From an uncultured Phycisphaerales bacterium (GTDB lineage Bacteria; Planctomycetota; Phycisphaerae; Sedimentisphaerales; Anaerobacaceae), in contig OY970359.1 in assembly GCA_963718665.1 (NCBI GenBank), positions 672,001 to 736,000 on the forward strand: a stretch of DNA of 64,000 nt, written 5' to 3'. Positions within the stretch are counted from its first letter, which is position 1. Every line of letters begins with the position of its first letter. The notes under the pieces are model-generated. The model saw nothing but the letters and a program-made list of their open reading frames with translations, had not been told where the DNA came from and did not search any database. This document shows, piece after piece, positions 38,803-49,351 of the stretch. Made by a program: the position numbers and the translations under genes.

Positions 38803-41800
38803 ATGGACGTTGACAGGACAAGGGAAAAAGGGGGCTCCAACCCACAGGATGGTCAGGAGAAATTTGTCCCGACCTGCCCGATATGCGGAGACAAACACTG
38901 GCCGCATCATCCCCTTGCGCCATGCTTCAACGCCAAAAAAGTAAAAGAAAGAGCCAAGGCAGAAGCAGTAGCAAAGGCGCTCGCTGAAAAACAGGCGAGG
39001 ATTGATGCCAAACTTCAGGCAAAAGAGCAGGCCCGCGCGGAAAAACTCGCAAAAATCGAAGCTAAGGAGCAGGAAAAAGCCGATAAGCAGGCGTATTACG
39101 AAGCGATAAAAAAAGCGGATGAAATTGCCAATAACGAGGCGCAGGCAAGAGCCGAGGCACAGAGAATCGCCAAGGCGGAAACCAGGGCAAGAATCGTCGC
39201 AGAGGAAAAGGCGAGGACTGAAACCGAGGCCAGAATAAAGACCGAACAACAGACGAGAATCAAGCTCGAAGAAAAGACCCGCGATTTTCAGGAATCCCAG
39301 CGACAGCTCGAAGGGAGATTGCAGGCCGAATTATCGAACAAGGCCCAGTTGCAAAAGCAGATTGACGAATACCACCTGCTGATTAGCGAACTTCGGGAAA
39401 ACCTCGAGGCACAAACAAAAGCCCGCGGTATCGCAGAACAACAGTTTTACGCCGAATCGCAGGCCAGAAAACAAACCGAATCGGATTTGCACGAAAAGGC
39501 ACAAACCTTCGGCAAAGCGATAGAGGATATCCAGGCAAAATTGAACGCCCAGACGCAGTCGCTCCAGGATACGGAAGACAAGCTCAAACAATACGTCGGG
39601 AACCTGATTCAGACAGAAACCCGGCTGCGAGAAGAACAGCAAGCCCGGCGCGAAGCGGAAGAAAAATCAGAAAGGGAATCGCAGGCGAGAGCCATTGCCG
39701 AGGAGCAGGCAAAGCAACAGGGCGAACAGAGAATCAAAGCCGAGACCCGGGCCGAACAGGCCGAACACCAGATACAAATAGAAACACAGGAGAAAATCAG
39801 GGCCGAACAGCAGGCAAGAGCCGAATTAGAACAAAAAGCGACCGCATACGGGCAGGCAATCGCCTCAGCCGAAGAAAAAATACGTCAATACGCCGAATCG
39901 CTCGCCGAGGCAAGGCAGCAGACCGAGGCACAAACCGAAGAAGCCGGAAAATACCAACAACAACTAAACAGTCAGGCGGAAAAATCGGCCGCACTGGAAG
40001 CGAAATTCAAACAGGATATTGAAAAGCTGCAGGCACAATTAAACGAGACAAAACAGCAAATCATCCTCGAAACCAATGTCGCGCAGGACGCCGAAGACCG
40101 GCTAAAGGCGGAAATTGAAGCCAGGTTGAAAGCGGAAGAAAAAACTCAAAACGAGGCACTACAAAGAGCAAGAGCAGAGGCCCTTGCTGAAGCACAATCA
40201 AAAGAAACAGCACAGGCGCAATTAAGGGTCGAGGAACAGGCCCAAAAATGGCAGCAGGTCGAGCAGCAGATAAGGACTGAGCTTGAAGAAAAAGCGACAA
40301 GATACGGTCAGGCGATAGCGAAAGCCGAAGAAAAAACCAGGGCAATCGCTGAGTCATTTAAATCAGCACAGGATCGCCTGAAAGAGGAGACAGACCAGCG
40401 AAACCAAATCGAGGAAACACTGCGCAGTTACCAAAAAACGTTAGCCGACGCGCAGAACCAGTTAAACATAGAGGAACAAACAAGGGCGCAGACAGAGGAA
40501 CAGCTTGTCGCCGAACGCAAAGTTACGGCACAATTGCAGGAGCAGTTGTCGGCTTACGCTGAGCGTCTCAACCAGATAGAGCGAGACCTCAATAGCGAAG
40601 CCACGGGCAAAGCAAAAGCCCAGGAACAGCTCAAGACGATTCTCGAAGAAAGACAACAGCTCGAAGAAAAGGCGCAACTGGAAGCAATGGAAAGGGTCAG
40701 GGCACAGGCGATTGCGCAATCGCAGACCGAGGCGAGAGAAAAAGCGGAAAAGCAATTACGCAATTACGCCGGGCAGCTTGACGAGCTTAAGAGAAACCTT
40801 GAAACACAGGCCGCCGTTATGGCACAACTGCAAACAAACCTCGCAAACGAGACACAGCTAAAAATGGAATCGCAGACCCTTGCACAAAAACACGCCGAAG
40901 AAAAGGCACGAGCGGAAGCAATCGCGCAGGCCGAAACACAGGCGCGAGCCGAAACAGAGCAAAGGGCCAAAGAAACAATTGAGTCAGCAGAACGAAAAGC
41001 CAGAGAAGCAATCGAATCGGCAGAACAAAGGACCAAAGAGGCAATTGAATCAGCGGAGCAGACAAGACAGCAAACCAAAATCGAACTTCAGGAACAAATG
41101 AAAAGCTTCACCACAACACTGGCGAATATACAGGAACAGTTAAACCGCCAAATCGAAACTCGGGTCGCGGCGGAGCAGCAGATAAGAACGCTTGCCGCGA
41201 CAATCGAGGAATTAAAAGAACAGATATCCTCACAATCGCAGAACAGGGCCAAAGTAGAACGAAGCGTTAAAGACCTCGGCGACGCGCTTGCCGAAGCCCG
41301 TAGAAAACTCGATGCCGAAAGCCAGGCAAGAAACCGGGCAGAAGAACAACTCGAAGCCGAGGCAGCAACAAGGACAGATGCCGAAGAGAGATTGACCGGT
41401 TTGGCGGCCCAACTTGCTAAAGCCCAGGGCAGAGCAGAAGCCGAAGAAAAAGCGAGACGGTTGTCGGAGGAAAAAGCCCGCGTCGAAATCGAGGCAAAAG
41501 CGAAAGCCGAACAGCAGTCGCGCGCACAACTGGAAGAAAAAGCGAGAGTTTACGGCGAGGCAATAGCCACCGCACAGGAAAAAGCAAGGTATTACGCCGA
41601 AGCCCTTACCGAAGCGAAAAATAAGCTCGCCGAACGGGAAAAATCAACCGAAGACATTCGCAATCGGCTCAACAGTGAACTCCAGATACATCAGAAGCTC
41701 GAAGAGCAGGTCGAGCTTTATCGCCGGCAGATAGCGCAGGCCGAGGCACAGGCCAAAACACAGGCCTCGGAATTAACCGGCATCGAAAAACAACTGCGAA

Positions 41801-42651
41801 CCCAGTTGACCAGCCAGACAAAAGTTTACGAGGAACGAATCACCCAGCTCGAAGAAACGATTGTTGCGGAGACAGACGAAAAAGAAAAACTCCGCCGGCA
41901 ATACGAAACCGAATCCGAAGCCAAAAATGCCGCCGAACAGCAGTTGCAGCAAAAAACCGAGGCATACGAGCGGGTAATCGAAGCCGCGGAAGAACATCTA
42001 AAAAGCGAATCACAAAAGGTCTCGCAAATCGAGGCACAGTTGACGGCCTTGCAGCAGGCAAAAGCGGAAGCCGAACGCAAACTCGAAGCGGAAACCGAAT
42101 ACAGAATATCCGCACAGGAAAATCTCAGGACATACGCCGACCGATTAGCCGAGCTTGAAAAACATCAGGCGAATCTTGCCTCCACAAACGGCGAAACGCT
42201 GAAAAAAATCGTCGCCGAGACGCAGGCAAAAGAGCAAATGCAAAAGCAAATCGAGCTGCTGACCGCCGAGATAACAAAAACCGAACAACAATTGCGCGAG
42301 GAACGTCAGGCAAGAACAGAACTGGAGCAAAAACTCAAAGCCCAGATTGACGCCCGATTAAAAGCCGAAGAACAGGCCAGGATAGAATCTCAGAAACGCG
42401 CCGAAATCGAGGAAGAGCTTAGCATCCAGAAGGAATTAACGGCCCAGGCCAACGCCGAGGCCGGCGTGCAGGAAGAGGCAAACGCACAGCAGAGAAAAAC
42501 ACTGCCCTTCGATATCCGCGAGATACCCGCCCCGGAAAAGACACAGCCCTGCGACTGCTGTGGCCGAAACGACCTTATGCCGAGCGAGCTGCACAAAATT
42601 GATTCCGGCCACCTCTTCTGCCCCGACTGCTTCGCTGCTCTAAAAAGATAA
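38803..42651 (+). CDS. Very long coiled-coil protein (~1280 aa) with N- and C-terminal Cys/His zinc-finger-like motifs
   Basis: E/Q/A/K/R-rich rod; CPICGDKHWPHHPLAPC near the N-terminus, CDCCGR...HLFCPDC at the C-terminus; start taken at MDVDR. Confidence 0.85.
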   Translation: MDVDRTREKGGSNPQDGQEKFVPTCPICGDKHWPHHPLAPCFNAKKVKERAKAEAVAKALAEKQARIDAKLQAKEQARAEKLAKIEAKEQEKADKQAYYEAIKKADEIANNEAQARAEAQRIAKAETRARIVAEEKARTETEARIKTEQQTRIKLEEKTRDFQESQRQLEGRLQAELSNKAQLQKQIDEYHLLISELRENLEAQTKARGIAEQQFYAESQARKQTESDLHEKAQTFGKAIEDIQAKLNAQTQSLQDTEDKLKQYVGNLIQTETRLREEQQARREAEEKSERESQARAIAEEQAKQQGEQRIKAETRAEQAEHQIQIETQEKIRAEQQARAELEQKATAYGQAIASAEEKIRQYAESLAEARQQTEAQTEEAGKYQQQLNSQAEKSAALEAKFKQDIEKLQAQLNETKQQIILETNVAQDAEDRLKAEIEARLKAEEKTQNEALQRARAEALAEAQSKETAQAQLRVEEQAQKWQQVEQQIRTELEEKATRYGQAIAKAEEKTRAIAESFKSAQDRLKEETDQRNQIEETLRSYQKTLADAQNQLNIEEQTRAQTEEQLVAERKVTAQLQEQLSAYAERLNQIERDLNSEATGKAKAQEQLKTILEERQQLEEKAQLEAMERVRAQAIAQSQTEAREKAEKQLRNYAGQLDELKRNLETQAAVMAQLQTNLANETQLKMESQTLAQKHAEEKARAEAIAQAETQARAETEQRAKETIESAERKAREAIESAEQRTKEAIESAEQTRQQTKIELQEQMKSFTTTLANIQEQLNRQIETRVAAEQQIRTLAATIEELKEQISSQSQNRAKVERSVKDLGDALAEARRKLDAESQARNRAEEQLEAEAATRTDAEERLTGLAAQLAKAQGRAEAEEKARRLSEEKARVEIEAKAKAEQQSRAQLEEKARVYGEAIATAQEKARYYAEALTEAKNKLAEREKSTEDIRNRLNSELQIHQKLEEQVELYRRQIAQAEAQAKTQASELTGIEKQLRTQLTSQTKVYEERITQLEETIVAETDEKEKLRRQYETESEAKNAAEQQLQQKTEAYERVIEAAEEHLKSESQKVSQIEAQLTALQQAKAEAERKLEAETEYRISAQENLRTYADRLAELEKHQANLASTNGETLKKIVAETQAKEQMQKQIELLTAEITKTEQQLREERQARTELEQKLKAQIDARLKAEEQARIESQKRAEIEEELSIQKELTAQANAEAGVQEEANAQQRKTLPFDIREIPAPEKTQPCDCCGRNDLMPSELHKIDSGHLFCPDCFAALKR

Positions 42652-42723
42652 GGGCCTGCCCTTCGTAGTGAAACGAAGAAGGGCCTGCCACAGGAGGAAA
42701 GCGACAGACCCCATTTCGAAAAG

Positions 42724-43893
42724 TTACTTCGCAACCTTGAATTCGTATTTCTGAACGATGTCCTTATCGAGGTCTTTACCCTGACCGGTCAATGTGAACC
42801 CGGCGTCGGTCTTTTCGTATAGAAAGTCCTTGCCGCTAAATAGGTCCTTCGGCAATCCCGCCGGAAGCTCATCCGGCAACTTGCCTGTCTTTGCCCTGAT
42901 TATGTAAATTTCAATTCCCGCAATGACGGCATTGAATTGCGTTTTATCCCTTGTATCTATCATTAAAACCCGGTTAATCGCAGGAAGCAAAACTCCAGCT
43001 ATAACCGCCTCGGGCTTATCCTTGGCGGTTTTTTTGACCTCCCCGCATATATCATCAAGCTTCTGTTTTGCCTGGGCATAAGGCAAATCATAAGCAATCT
43101 GCATCCTGGCTATAATGCTTTGATAATACTCTCTTGCCCTGATGTAGAACTCATTATCACCCTGCTGGTGGAGAATCTGGTTCAGCTTATCTTGGTCGTC
43201 TCTGGATATACCACAGGCGTCAGCCACGATATCACGCAACCCTTCTTTGTTTTTCATAGAATTTCCACAAACTATCGCTTCATTACCAATCGCTGTTCTT
43301 ATTGAAGAATACCCGCTGTATACATCAGCAAGCTGCCCTCTAAGCCGCTGGAGCGCTTCGGTATCATTTGATATTTGCGGAAGTATTTCCACGATACGCT
43401 TGTTTGCCAGAACACCAGTTGCCCTGCCGACTAATCCCTGGACTATTATATCATCGCCAACGTGTCTGCCCATTTTGTGCATCGTAATGCACCTCTCAAG
43501 GGCTGTTTTGTAATCGCCTTTTTCGGCCAAGACCTTCGCATCGGCAGCGAGCAATTTCGCCATATCCCTGCACTTGGCAAGAGGTGGCAGAGGCATAGCG
43601 AATCCTTCTGATAAATCCATACCCCAGTCGCAGTTTTTAATATCTGCAGCCGTTACTATTTCTTTGATGAATTTCCGATTGTCTTCAAGGTAAAGTCGTA
43701 TTTGTGCATCCGACTCGGTATCACCCCTCAATACTTGCCCTATCATGTTTTGGTCGGCACTGTTCGGCTCCTTCATAAGCATAAAGACCTTATAGTAGAG
43801 AACCGCCGCGTTATCAGGCGGATATGCGAACGCCTGCCCAGCCGAAACCAACAACACTGCGCCAATCAAAATTACTTTTAATGTCGTTTTCAT
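42724..43893 (-). CDS. Secreted helical protein in the ECF sigma operon
   Basis: Signal peptide ending AFA; DNAAVLY, CDWG, GKLPDELP...KDLFSGKDFLY. Confidence 0.75.
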   Translation of the reverse strand: MKTTLKVILIGAVLLVSAGQAFAYPPDNAAVLYYKVFMLMKEPNSADQNMIGQVLRGDTESDAQIRLYLEDNRKFIKEIVTAADIKNCDWGMDLSEGFAMPLPPLAKCRDMAKLLAADAKVLAEKGDYKTALERCITMHKMGRHVGDDIIVQGLVGRATGVLANKRIVEILPQISNDTEALQRLRGQLADVYSGYSSIRTAIGNEAIVCGNSMKNKEGLRDIVADACGISRDDQDKLNQILHQQGDNEFYIRAREYYQSIIARMQIAYDLPYAQAKQKLDDICGEVKKTAKDKPEAVIAGVLLPAINRVLMIDTRDKTQFNAVIAGIEIYIIRAKTGKLPDELPAGLPKDLFSGKDFLYEKTDAGFTLTGQGKDLDKDIVQKYEFKVAK

Positions 43894-43922
43894 AAATCAT
43901 TCCTTTCCGGCTTTTGGCCGTT

Positions 43923-44348
43923 CTAATTCAGCAGTTCACCGATTGATACATTTGTGTTTTTTTGCCCCAATAATTCGTATGCCTTTTTACTCTGCTCATC
44001 CACCGCGTCCAAACCGCCCTGACGATACGCAAGCGACAGGGACAGCATAGACAGCATCTTCGCCGGAGATTGCTCGGACTTTTCGAAAACCACCGGTTCA
44101 ACGTGTCCGGGCCTGCGTGACATAAATAATACCACGAGCGCTGCGATTGCGATTACGGCAGCTATCCTGATAAGCGGATGCGCCAACGAAAATCGCTGAA
44201 CATTCGGACGCGTCCTTGCTCGCGAGATAAGCTTCTGATACTCGGCCGAGTATTTTTGCTTCCATTGTTCGCCGTCGAATTCGACCTTGCCGGAGTCAAT
44301 CGTCTTTTTGAGCTGCTCATCCAGCCATTTTTCATTTCGCTCGTTCAT
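43923..44348 (-). CDS. Putative anti-sigma factor (single TM)
   Basis: Overlaps the ECF stop codon (ATGA); one TM, RIAAVIAIAALVVLF. Confidence 0.7.
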   Translation of the reverse strand: MNERNEKWLDEQLKKTIDSGKVEFDGEQWKQKYSAEYQKLISRARTRPNVQRFSLAHPLIRIAAVIAIAALVVLFMSRRPGHVEPVVFEKSEQSPAKMLSMLSLSLAYRQGGLDAVDEQSKKAYELLGQKNTNVSIGELLN

Positions 44349-44881
44349 AATTGGTCCTCGTAAAACCCGCTCTTTTTCAGATATTCAGCAATTTTCTCTT
44401 TGGCCCTTCGCAGCCGGCCGTTTATCGCCTGCTCCGAAATCCCCAGCGCCTTCGATATCCGCTCATAAGGCAATCCGTCATAGTAGCGAAGGTAAATCAC
44501 TTCTCTCGCCTCAGGCGCAAGACCGGCGACCGCTTCACGGACCGCCTCGGTATCAGGCGAATCCTCCTGCCAGGCCGGCAATTTCGAGAGCTTATCGACG
44601 TCACATATTCTCTGCTGCTTGCGACCAATATCGTTTGCCGAATTTCTGCATATCACCCCAAGCCAGCTTGCGAAACTGCCAGCCTGTCGCAATTCAGGCA
44701 GTTTCACCGCCGCAACCGCAAACGCCTGCTGGGCAGCATCCTCCGCAAGGTGTCTGTCTCCGATTATAGAGTGAGCAATCGCGACCATTGCCGGGTAATA
44801 CCGCCCGCACAGCTCGGTAAAGCTGTTGCCGTCGCCCCGCAGGGCCGATTCCACCAACTGCCTGTCCGGTCTTTCAGTCAT
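44345..44881 (-). CDS. ECF RNA polymerase sigma factor
   Basis: DRQLVESALRGD, AEDAAQQAF, FASWL, LRYYDGLPYERISKALG...RLRRA; start taken at MTERP. Confidence 0.92.
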   Translation of the reverse strand: MTERPDRQLVESALRGDGNSFTELCGRYYPAMVAIAHSIIGDRHLAEDAAQQAFAVAAVKLPELRQAGSFASWLGVICRNSANDIGRKQQRICDVDKLSKLPAWQEDSPDTEAVREAVAGLAPEAREVIYLRYYDGLPYERISKALGISEQAINGRLRRAKEKIAEYLKKSGFYEDQL

Positions 44882-44984
44882 TAACTTGTCATCTCCAACG
44901 CATCGGAACTCGCCGGCGAGAGCCATGCTCTCATATTTAAGACGCCCAACACCCCCCAAAATGGGCGCAAAAAAACAATTTTCT

Positions 44985-45020
44985 CCTGCCCTGTCCTCCG
45001 TAGCCTTAGCGAAGGAGGAG
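44985..45020. repeat. Short palindromic dispersed repeat
   Basis: TCCTCCGTAGCCTTAGCGAAGGAGGA. Confidence 0.5.
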
Positions 45021-45116
45021 TTTTTCATTATAATCACTGGTCTGGTGTGTGGAAAATAGATTTGACGCAACGGCGACGCATTACTATACTTATCCGTTTA
45101 ATAATGGCCAGACCGG

Positions 45117-45170
45117 AGTGGCACGGCCATCTTGGCCGTGTTTTTCACACGGGCTGGAAGCCCGTGCTAC
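45117..45170. repeat. REP doublet
   Basis: GTGGCACGGCCATCTTGGCCGTG and CACGGGCTGGAAGCCCGTGCTAC in inverted arrangement; GTAG end on the minus strand. Confidence 0.7.
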
Positions 45171-45197
45171 ACAATGCAATAAACTTCGGAGAATAAG

Positions 45198-46670
45198 ATG
45201 GATAAGAACAAAATCATCGCAGAAGGTATAACATTCGATGATGTCCTGCTGATACCCGCCAAGAGCGACCTTGTGCCCAGCCAGGCCGACACAAGAACCC
45301 GCCTCACCAATAACATCATGATAAATATCCCCCTTGTCTCCGCGGCAATGGACACCGTTACAGAATCCTCGCTGGCAATCGCGCTCGCTCAGGAAGGCGG
45401 TATCGGCATAATCCACAAAAACCTGCCCGTCGCCGACCAGAAAAGAGAAGTCGTCAAGGTCAAACGCTCCGAAAACGGCGTCATAATAGACCCGATTACT
45501 CTCTCGCCCGATGAGCCGGTCCGAAAAGCACAACAGATGATGAACGAGCAGAACGTTTCCGGAATACCGATTGTCGAGGGCAGAAAACTGCGTGGCATCC
45601 TGACCAAAAGAGACCTCAAATTTCTCAAGGATTACGACGCCAAAATCAGCTCGGTAATGGTGAAGAACAATCTCGTAACAGCCCCGCCGAATACCACGCT
45701 CGAACAGGCCAAGGGAATCCTGCAGGAACATAAAGTCGAAAAGCTGTTGTTGGTCAATGATAATGGCGACCTGACGGGGCTGATAACGATGAGGGACATC
45801 GACCGGGTCGAGCGATACCCTCTTGCGGCCCGCGACCAGAGAGGCCGATTAAGAGTCGGCGCCGCCGTCGGCGTCCACGATTACGAAAGAGTCGAGGCCC
45901 TCATAGCCGCCGAAGTCGATGTAATCGTTGTCGATACCGCTCACGGCCATTCGCAAAACGTCATCGACACCGTAAAAACAATCAAAAGCAATTACAGCAT
46001 CGATGTCATCGCGGGCAATATCGCGACCGCCGATGCCGCCAAAGACCTCATTGAAGCAGGCGTAAACGCCGTCAAAGTCGGAATCGGCCCCGGCGCTATC
46101 TGCACAACAAGAATCATCTCCGGTGCAGGAATGCCCCAGGTCTCCGCGATAATGAACTGCCTCTCAGAGGCCTCCAAACACGATATCCCCGTCATCGCCG
46201 ATGGCGGTATCCGCCACTCAGGCGACATCACCAAGGCCATTGCCGCCGGCGCCTCAACCGTAATGCTCGGCTCGCTCTTCGCGGGCCTCCGCGAAAGCCC
46301 CGGCCAGTTGGTCATCTACAAGGGCAGGCAGTTCAAGGAATACAGAGGTATGGGCTCTCTCGGTGCGATGGTCAAAGGTTCCGCCGACAGATATGGCCAG
46401 AAAGCCGCCGCCTCCAAAGACAAGCTCGTCCCCGAAGGCGTCGAAGGTCGTGTCCCCTACCGCGGGGCGCTGAGCGATTTCGTTTACCAGCTCGTCGGCG
46501 GACTAAGGGCCGGTATGGGCTACTGCGGAACAAGAAATATCGAAGAGCTTCGGACCAAATCACGTTTCGTCCGCGTAAGCTCCGCCTCCGTCAGCGAATC
46601 GCACCCGCACGATATAAAAATAACCAAAGAATCGCCAAACTATTCAACCGTTGAACCACTTGAGGACTAA
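45198..46670 (+). CDS. guaB: IMP dehydrogenase
   Basis: [47 protein letters not shown]. Confidence 0.97.
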   Translation: MDKNKIIAEGITFDDVLLIPAKSDLVPSQADTRTRLTNNIMINIPLVSAAMDTVTESSLAIALAQEGGIGIIHKNLPVADQKREVVKVKRSENGVIIDPITLSPDEPVRKAQQMMNEQNVSGIPIVEGRKLRGILTKRDLKFLKDYDAKISSVMVKNNLVTAPPNTTLEQAKGILQEHKVEKLLLVNDNGDLTGLITMRDIDRVERYPLAARDQRGRLRVGAAVGVHDYERVEALIAAEVDVIVVDTAHGHSQNVIDTVKTIKSNYSIDVIAGNIATADAAKDLIEAGVNAVKVGIGPGAICTTRIISGAGMPQVSAIMNCLSEASKHDIPVIADGGIRHSGDITKAIAAGASTVMLGSLFAGLRESPGQLVIYKGRQFKEYRGMGSLGAMVKGSADRYGQKAAASKDKLVPEGVEGRVPYRGALSDFVYQLVGGLRAGMGYCGTRNIEELRTKSRFVRVSSASVSESHPHDIKITKESPNYSTVEPLED

Positions 46671-46743
46671 ACAAATTGTTCATAGTCCATTGTTCGTAGT
46701 TCATTGCAACGAACAATGAACACAGAACAACGAACGGAAGACA

Positions 46744-48285
46744 ATGAACCACGAAACAATTGCGATTCTCGACTTCGGCAGCCAATATGTGCAGCTTATC
46801 GCAAGGCGTGTCCGCGAGCATAATGTTTACTCCCAAATCTTCCCCGCCAATACGCCCGCGAAGACACTGGCGAAGGAAAACCTCAAAGGAATAATACTCT
46901 CAGGCGGCCCTGCCAGCGTCTATGACAAAGACGCAATCAAATGCGACGAGAAAATCTTCGACCTCGGCGTTCCCATCCTCGGCATCTGCTATGGCATGCA
47001 GCTTGGCTGCTCCGTCCTCGGCGCAAAGGTCGTCCCCGCCAAGAACAGGGAATTCGGCAGGACAAACCTCACCATCACGGGTAAATCTGGCCTCTTCGCA
47101 AACCTTCCCGATTCAACTACTGTCTGGGCAAGCCACGGCGACCAGATTGAGGACGCCGACCACAACTTCATCAAGCTCGCCCAAACAAAAACCTGTCCCT
47201 TCGCCGCCGTAAAACACAAAAAACGAAAATTCTTCGGCGTCCAGTTCCACCCAGAGGTCTCGCATACTCCCAAAGGCGCGATTATCCTGAAAAATTTCCT
47301 TTACGATATCTGCAGCTGCGCAGGCGACTGGAAAATGAGCGACTTCGTCGCCGATACCGTCAAAAAAATCGATAAACAGGTCGGCGACCACACCGTTATC
47401 TGCGGCCTCAGCGGAGGCGTCGATTCCTCCGTTACCGCCGCCCTGCTCCACAAAGCCGTAGGTGAACGCCTCGTCTGCATCTTCGTCGATAACGGCCTCC
47501 TCCGCAAAAACGAACGCCAGCAAGTCGAATCCACCTTCCGCGACCATTTCCACATCGACCTGCGCGTCGTTGACTGGTCAAAACAATTCCTCTCGAAACT
47601 CGTTGGCATAACCGACCCCCAGCAAAAACGCAAAATAATCGGCGCAGAATTCATCGCCGCCTTCAAATCCGAAGCGTCCAAAATCAAAAACGCCAAATTC
47701 CTCGCACAGGGAACCCTCTACCCCGACGTCATCGAGTCCGGCGCCAAAGATGGCAACCCCGCTGCGAATATAAAGCTGCACCACAACGTGGGCGGCCTCC
47801 CCAAAGAGCTTGGCTTTGAACTGGTCGAGCCGTTAAGGGATTTATTCAAAGACGAAGTTAGAGTTGTTGGCGAATACCTGGGTTTACCTGAACACATCGT
47901 CTGGCGTCATCCCTTCCCGGGGCCTGGATTAGCAGTGCGCGTAATCGGCGAAATTACACCCAAACGCCTCGAAGTCCTGCGTGCCGCCGACGAAATCCTC
48001 ATCGATGAAATCAAATCCGCAGGCCTGTACAGAAAAATCTCGCAGGCCCTCGCCGTCCTTGTCCCCGTCCAGACCGTCGGCGTTATGGGCGATGGCAGAA
48101 CCTTTGAAAACGTCATCGCTATCCGCGCCGTCGAAACCCCCGACTTTATGACCGCTGACTTTTCGCAGATACCTTATGAGGTGCTGGGGCTTATTTCGAG
48201 CAGAATCATAAACGAGGTCCGCGGCGTAAATCGCGTCGTTTACGACATCTCCAGCAAACCCCCCGCCACTATCGAATGGGAATAA
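46744..48285 (+). CDS. guaA: GMP synthase (glutamine-hydrolysing)
   Basis: [50 protein letters not shown]. Confidence 0.97.
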   Translation: MNHETIAILDFGSQYVQLIARRVREHNVYSQIFPANTPAKTLAKENLKGIILSGGPASVYDKDAIKCDEKIFDLGVPILGICYGMQLGCSVLGAKVVPAKNREFGRTNLTITGKSGLFANLPDSTTVWASHGDQIEDADHNFIKLAQTKTCPFAAVKHKKRKFFGVQFHPEVSHTPKGAIILKNFLYDICSCAGDWKMSDFVADTVKKIDKQVGDHTVICGLSGGVDSSVTAALLHKAVGERLVCIFVDNGLLRKNERQQVESTFRDHFHIDLRVVDWSKQFLSKLVGITDPQQKRKIIGAEFIAAFKSEASKIKNAKFLAQGTLYPDVIESGAKDGNPAANIKLHHNVGGLPKELGFELVEPLRDLFKDEVRVVGEYLGLPEHIVWRHPFPGPGLAVRVIGEITPKRLEVLRAADEILIDEIKSAGLYRKISQALAVLVPVQTVGVMGDGRTFENVIAIRAVETPDFMTADFSQIPYEVLGLISSRIINEVRGVNRVVYDISSKPPATIEWE

Positions 48286-48520
48286 GTCCCCTTCCTCATC
48301 CGCCCTACTGCTCAACTGTTCCACTTTCCAATCTCTTGCGCAGCGCAGGGGACCCATTTTCAAACTACCCCCCTTGGTTGAAATTCCCTCTGAAATCGAA
48401 AGTTTGAAACATAAATTTTCTGTGCCCTCGGCATTATCTACGGTAAATATCGTCATAACCTCTGTGTCAGTCCGTGTTTAAGCCCGTGTCGGTCAGTGTT
48501 TAAAAAATGTTATATTTTTA

Positions 48521-48549
48521 TTGAACACGCCGTTCTTGTTTGATATAAT
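48521..48549 (+). promoter_or_regulatory. Strong sigma-70 promoter with extended -10
   Basis: TTGAAC-17 nt-TATAAT, preceded by TG. Confidence 0.7.
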
Positions 48550-48708
48550 ACCCCCCGCTGAGTCAGGAGCTCAGCGTAGTTGCACAGAAGTGCAAGGCAT
48601 CAGGAACAGGAGTTCCATTTCGAATTGTAACTAAAACAATAAAACTCTGTGAACTCTGTGGCCTCTGTGGCTAAAAAACTTGCTCTGTGGCAAGAGAGGA
48701 GATGAAAG

Positions 48709-49317
48709 ATGACTACTATTCAAATCAAGGTTCCCAACTGGCTCGACAAAATTTTCGCCTGGCCCGTGATGCTTTATCGCAAACAAAAGTATGGCTATTC
48801 CTATCGAAGAATTTATCTGGGCGAGGATGAATGGACAATTCTCGACGCACAAGATTATTACCGCCTCAACCATTTCAAATGGTTCCTTACCGGCCGTCTG
48901 CATAAATTCTATGCCGCCAGAACCATTAAAATTGATGGTAGGACAAAATTTAGGCGTATGCACAGGGATATTATGAATCCCCCCGATAATCTTCTGGTTG
49001 ACCACAGAAACTGTGACGGCCTCGACAATCGCAGAGAAAATCTTCGCTTCGCGACTAAATCCCAGAATATTTGTAACAGTAGAAAGAGAAAAAATACCTC
49101 TTCCGTTTACATCGGCGTTCACCTTCGTAAAAAGCAAAACCGATGGGAAGCCGAAATTACGCACAATAGGAAAAAAATATGGCTCGGCTCTTTCGATAAC
49201 GAAATCGCCGCCGCACGCGCCTACGATAAAGCCGCGAAAAAATATCACGGAGAATTTGCGCGACTCAATTTTCCGGAGGAAAACAACAACGTCGAAATAC
49301 AAAATACGAACGACTAA
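48709..49317 (+). CDS. HNH endonuclease-AP2 domain protein
   Basis: MHRDIM...VDHRNCDGLDNRRENLR...QN (HNH); SVYIGVH...WEAEI...LGSFDNEIAAARAYDKAA...ARLNF (AP2); RBS GAGGAG. Confidence 0.92.
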   Translation: MTTIQIKVPNWLDKIFAWPVMLYRKQKYGYSYRRIYLGEDEWTILDAQDYYRLNHFKWFLTGRLHKFYAARTIKIDGRTKFRRMHRDIMNPPDNLLVDHRNCDGLDNRRENLRFATKSQNICNSRKRKNTSSVYIGVHLRKKQNRWEAEITHNRKKIWLGSFDNEIAAARAYDKAAKKYHGEFARLNFPEENNNVEIQNTND

Positions 49318-49351
49318 ATACGAATTGTCTGTCAATTTCCAAATAAAATGT

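Noticed and set aside
38803..42651. SMC or TolA assignment
   Set aside because: No Walker motifs or hinge, and no N-terminal TM anchor.
44882..45070. N-terminal extension of the ECF sigma factor
   Set aside because: It runs through a palindromic repeat and promoter-like DNA; sigma homology begins at MTERP.
48551..48620. tRNA
   Set aside because: Three separate hairpins with no acceptor stem or T-loop consensus.
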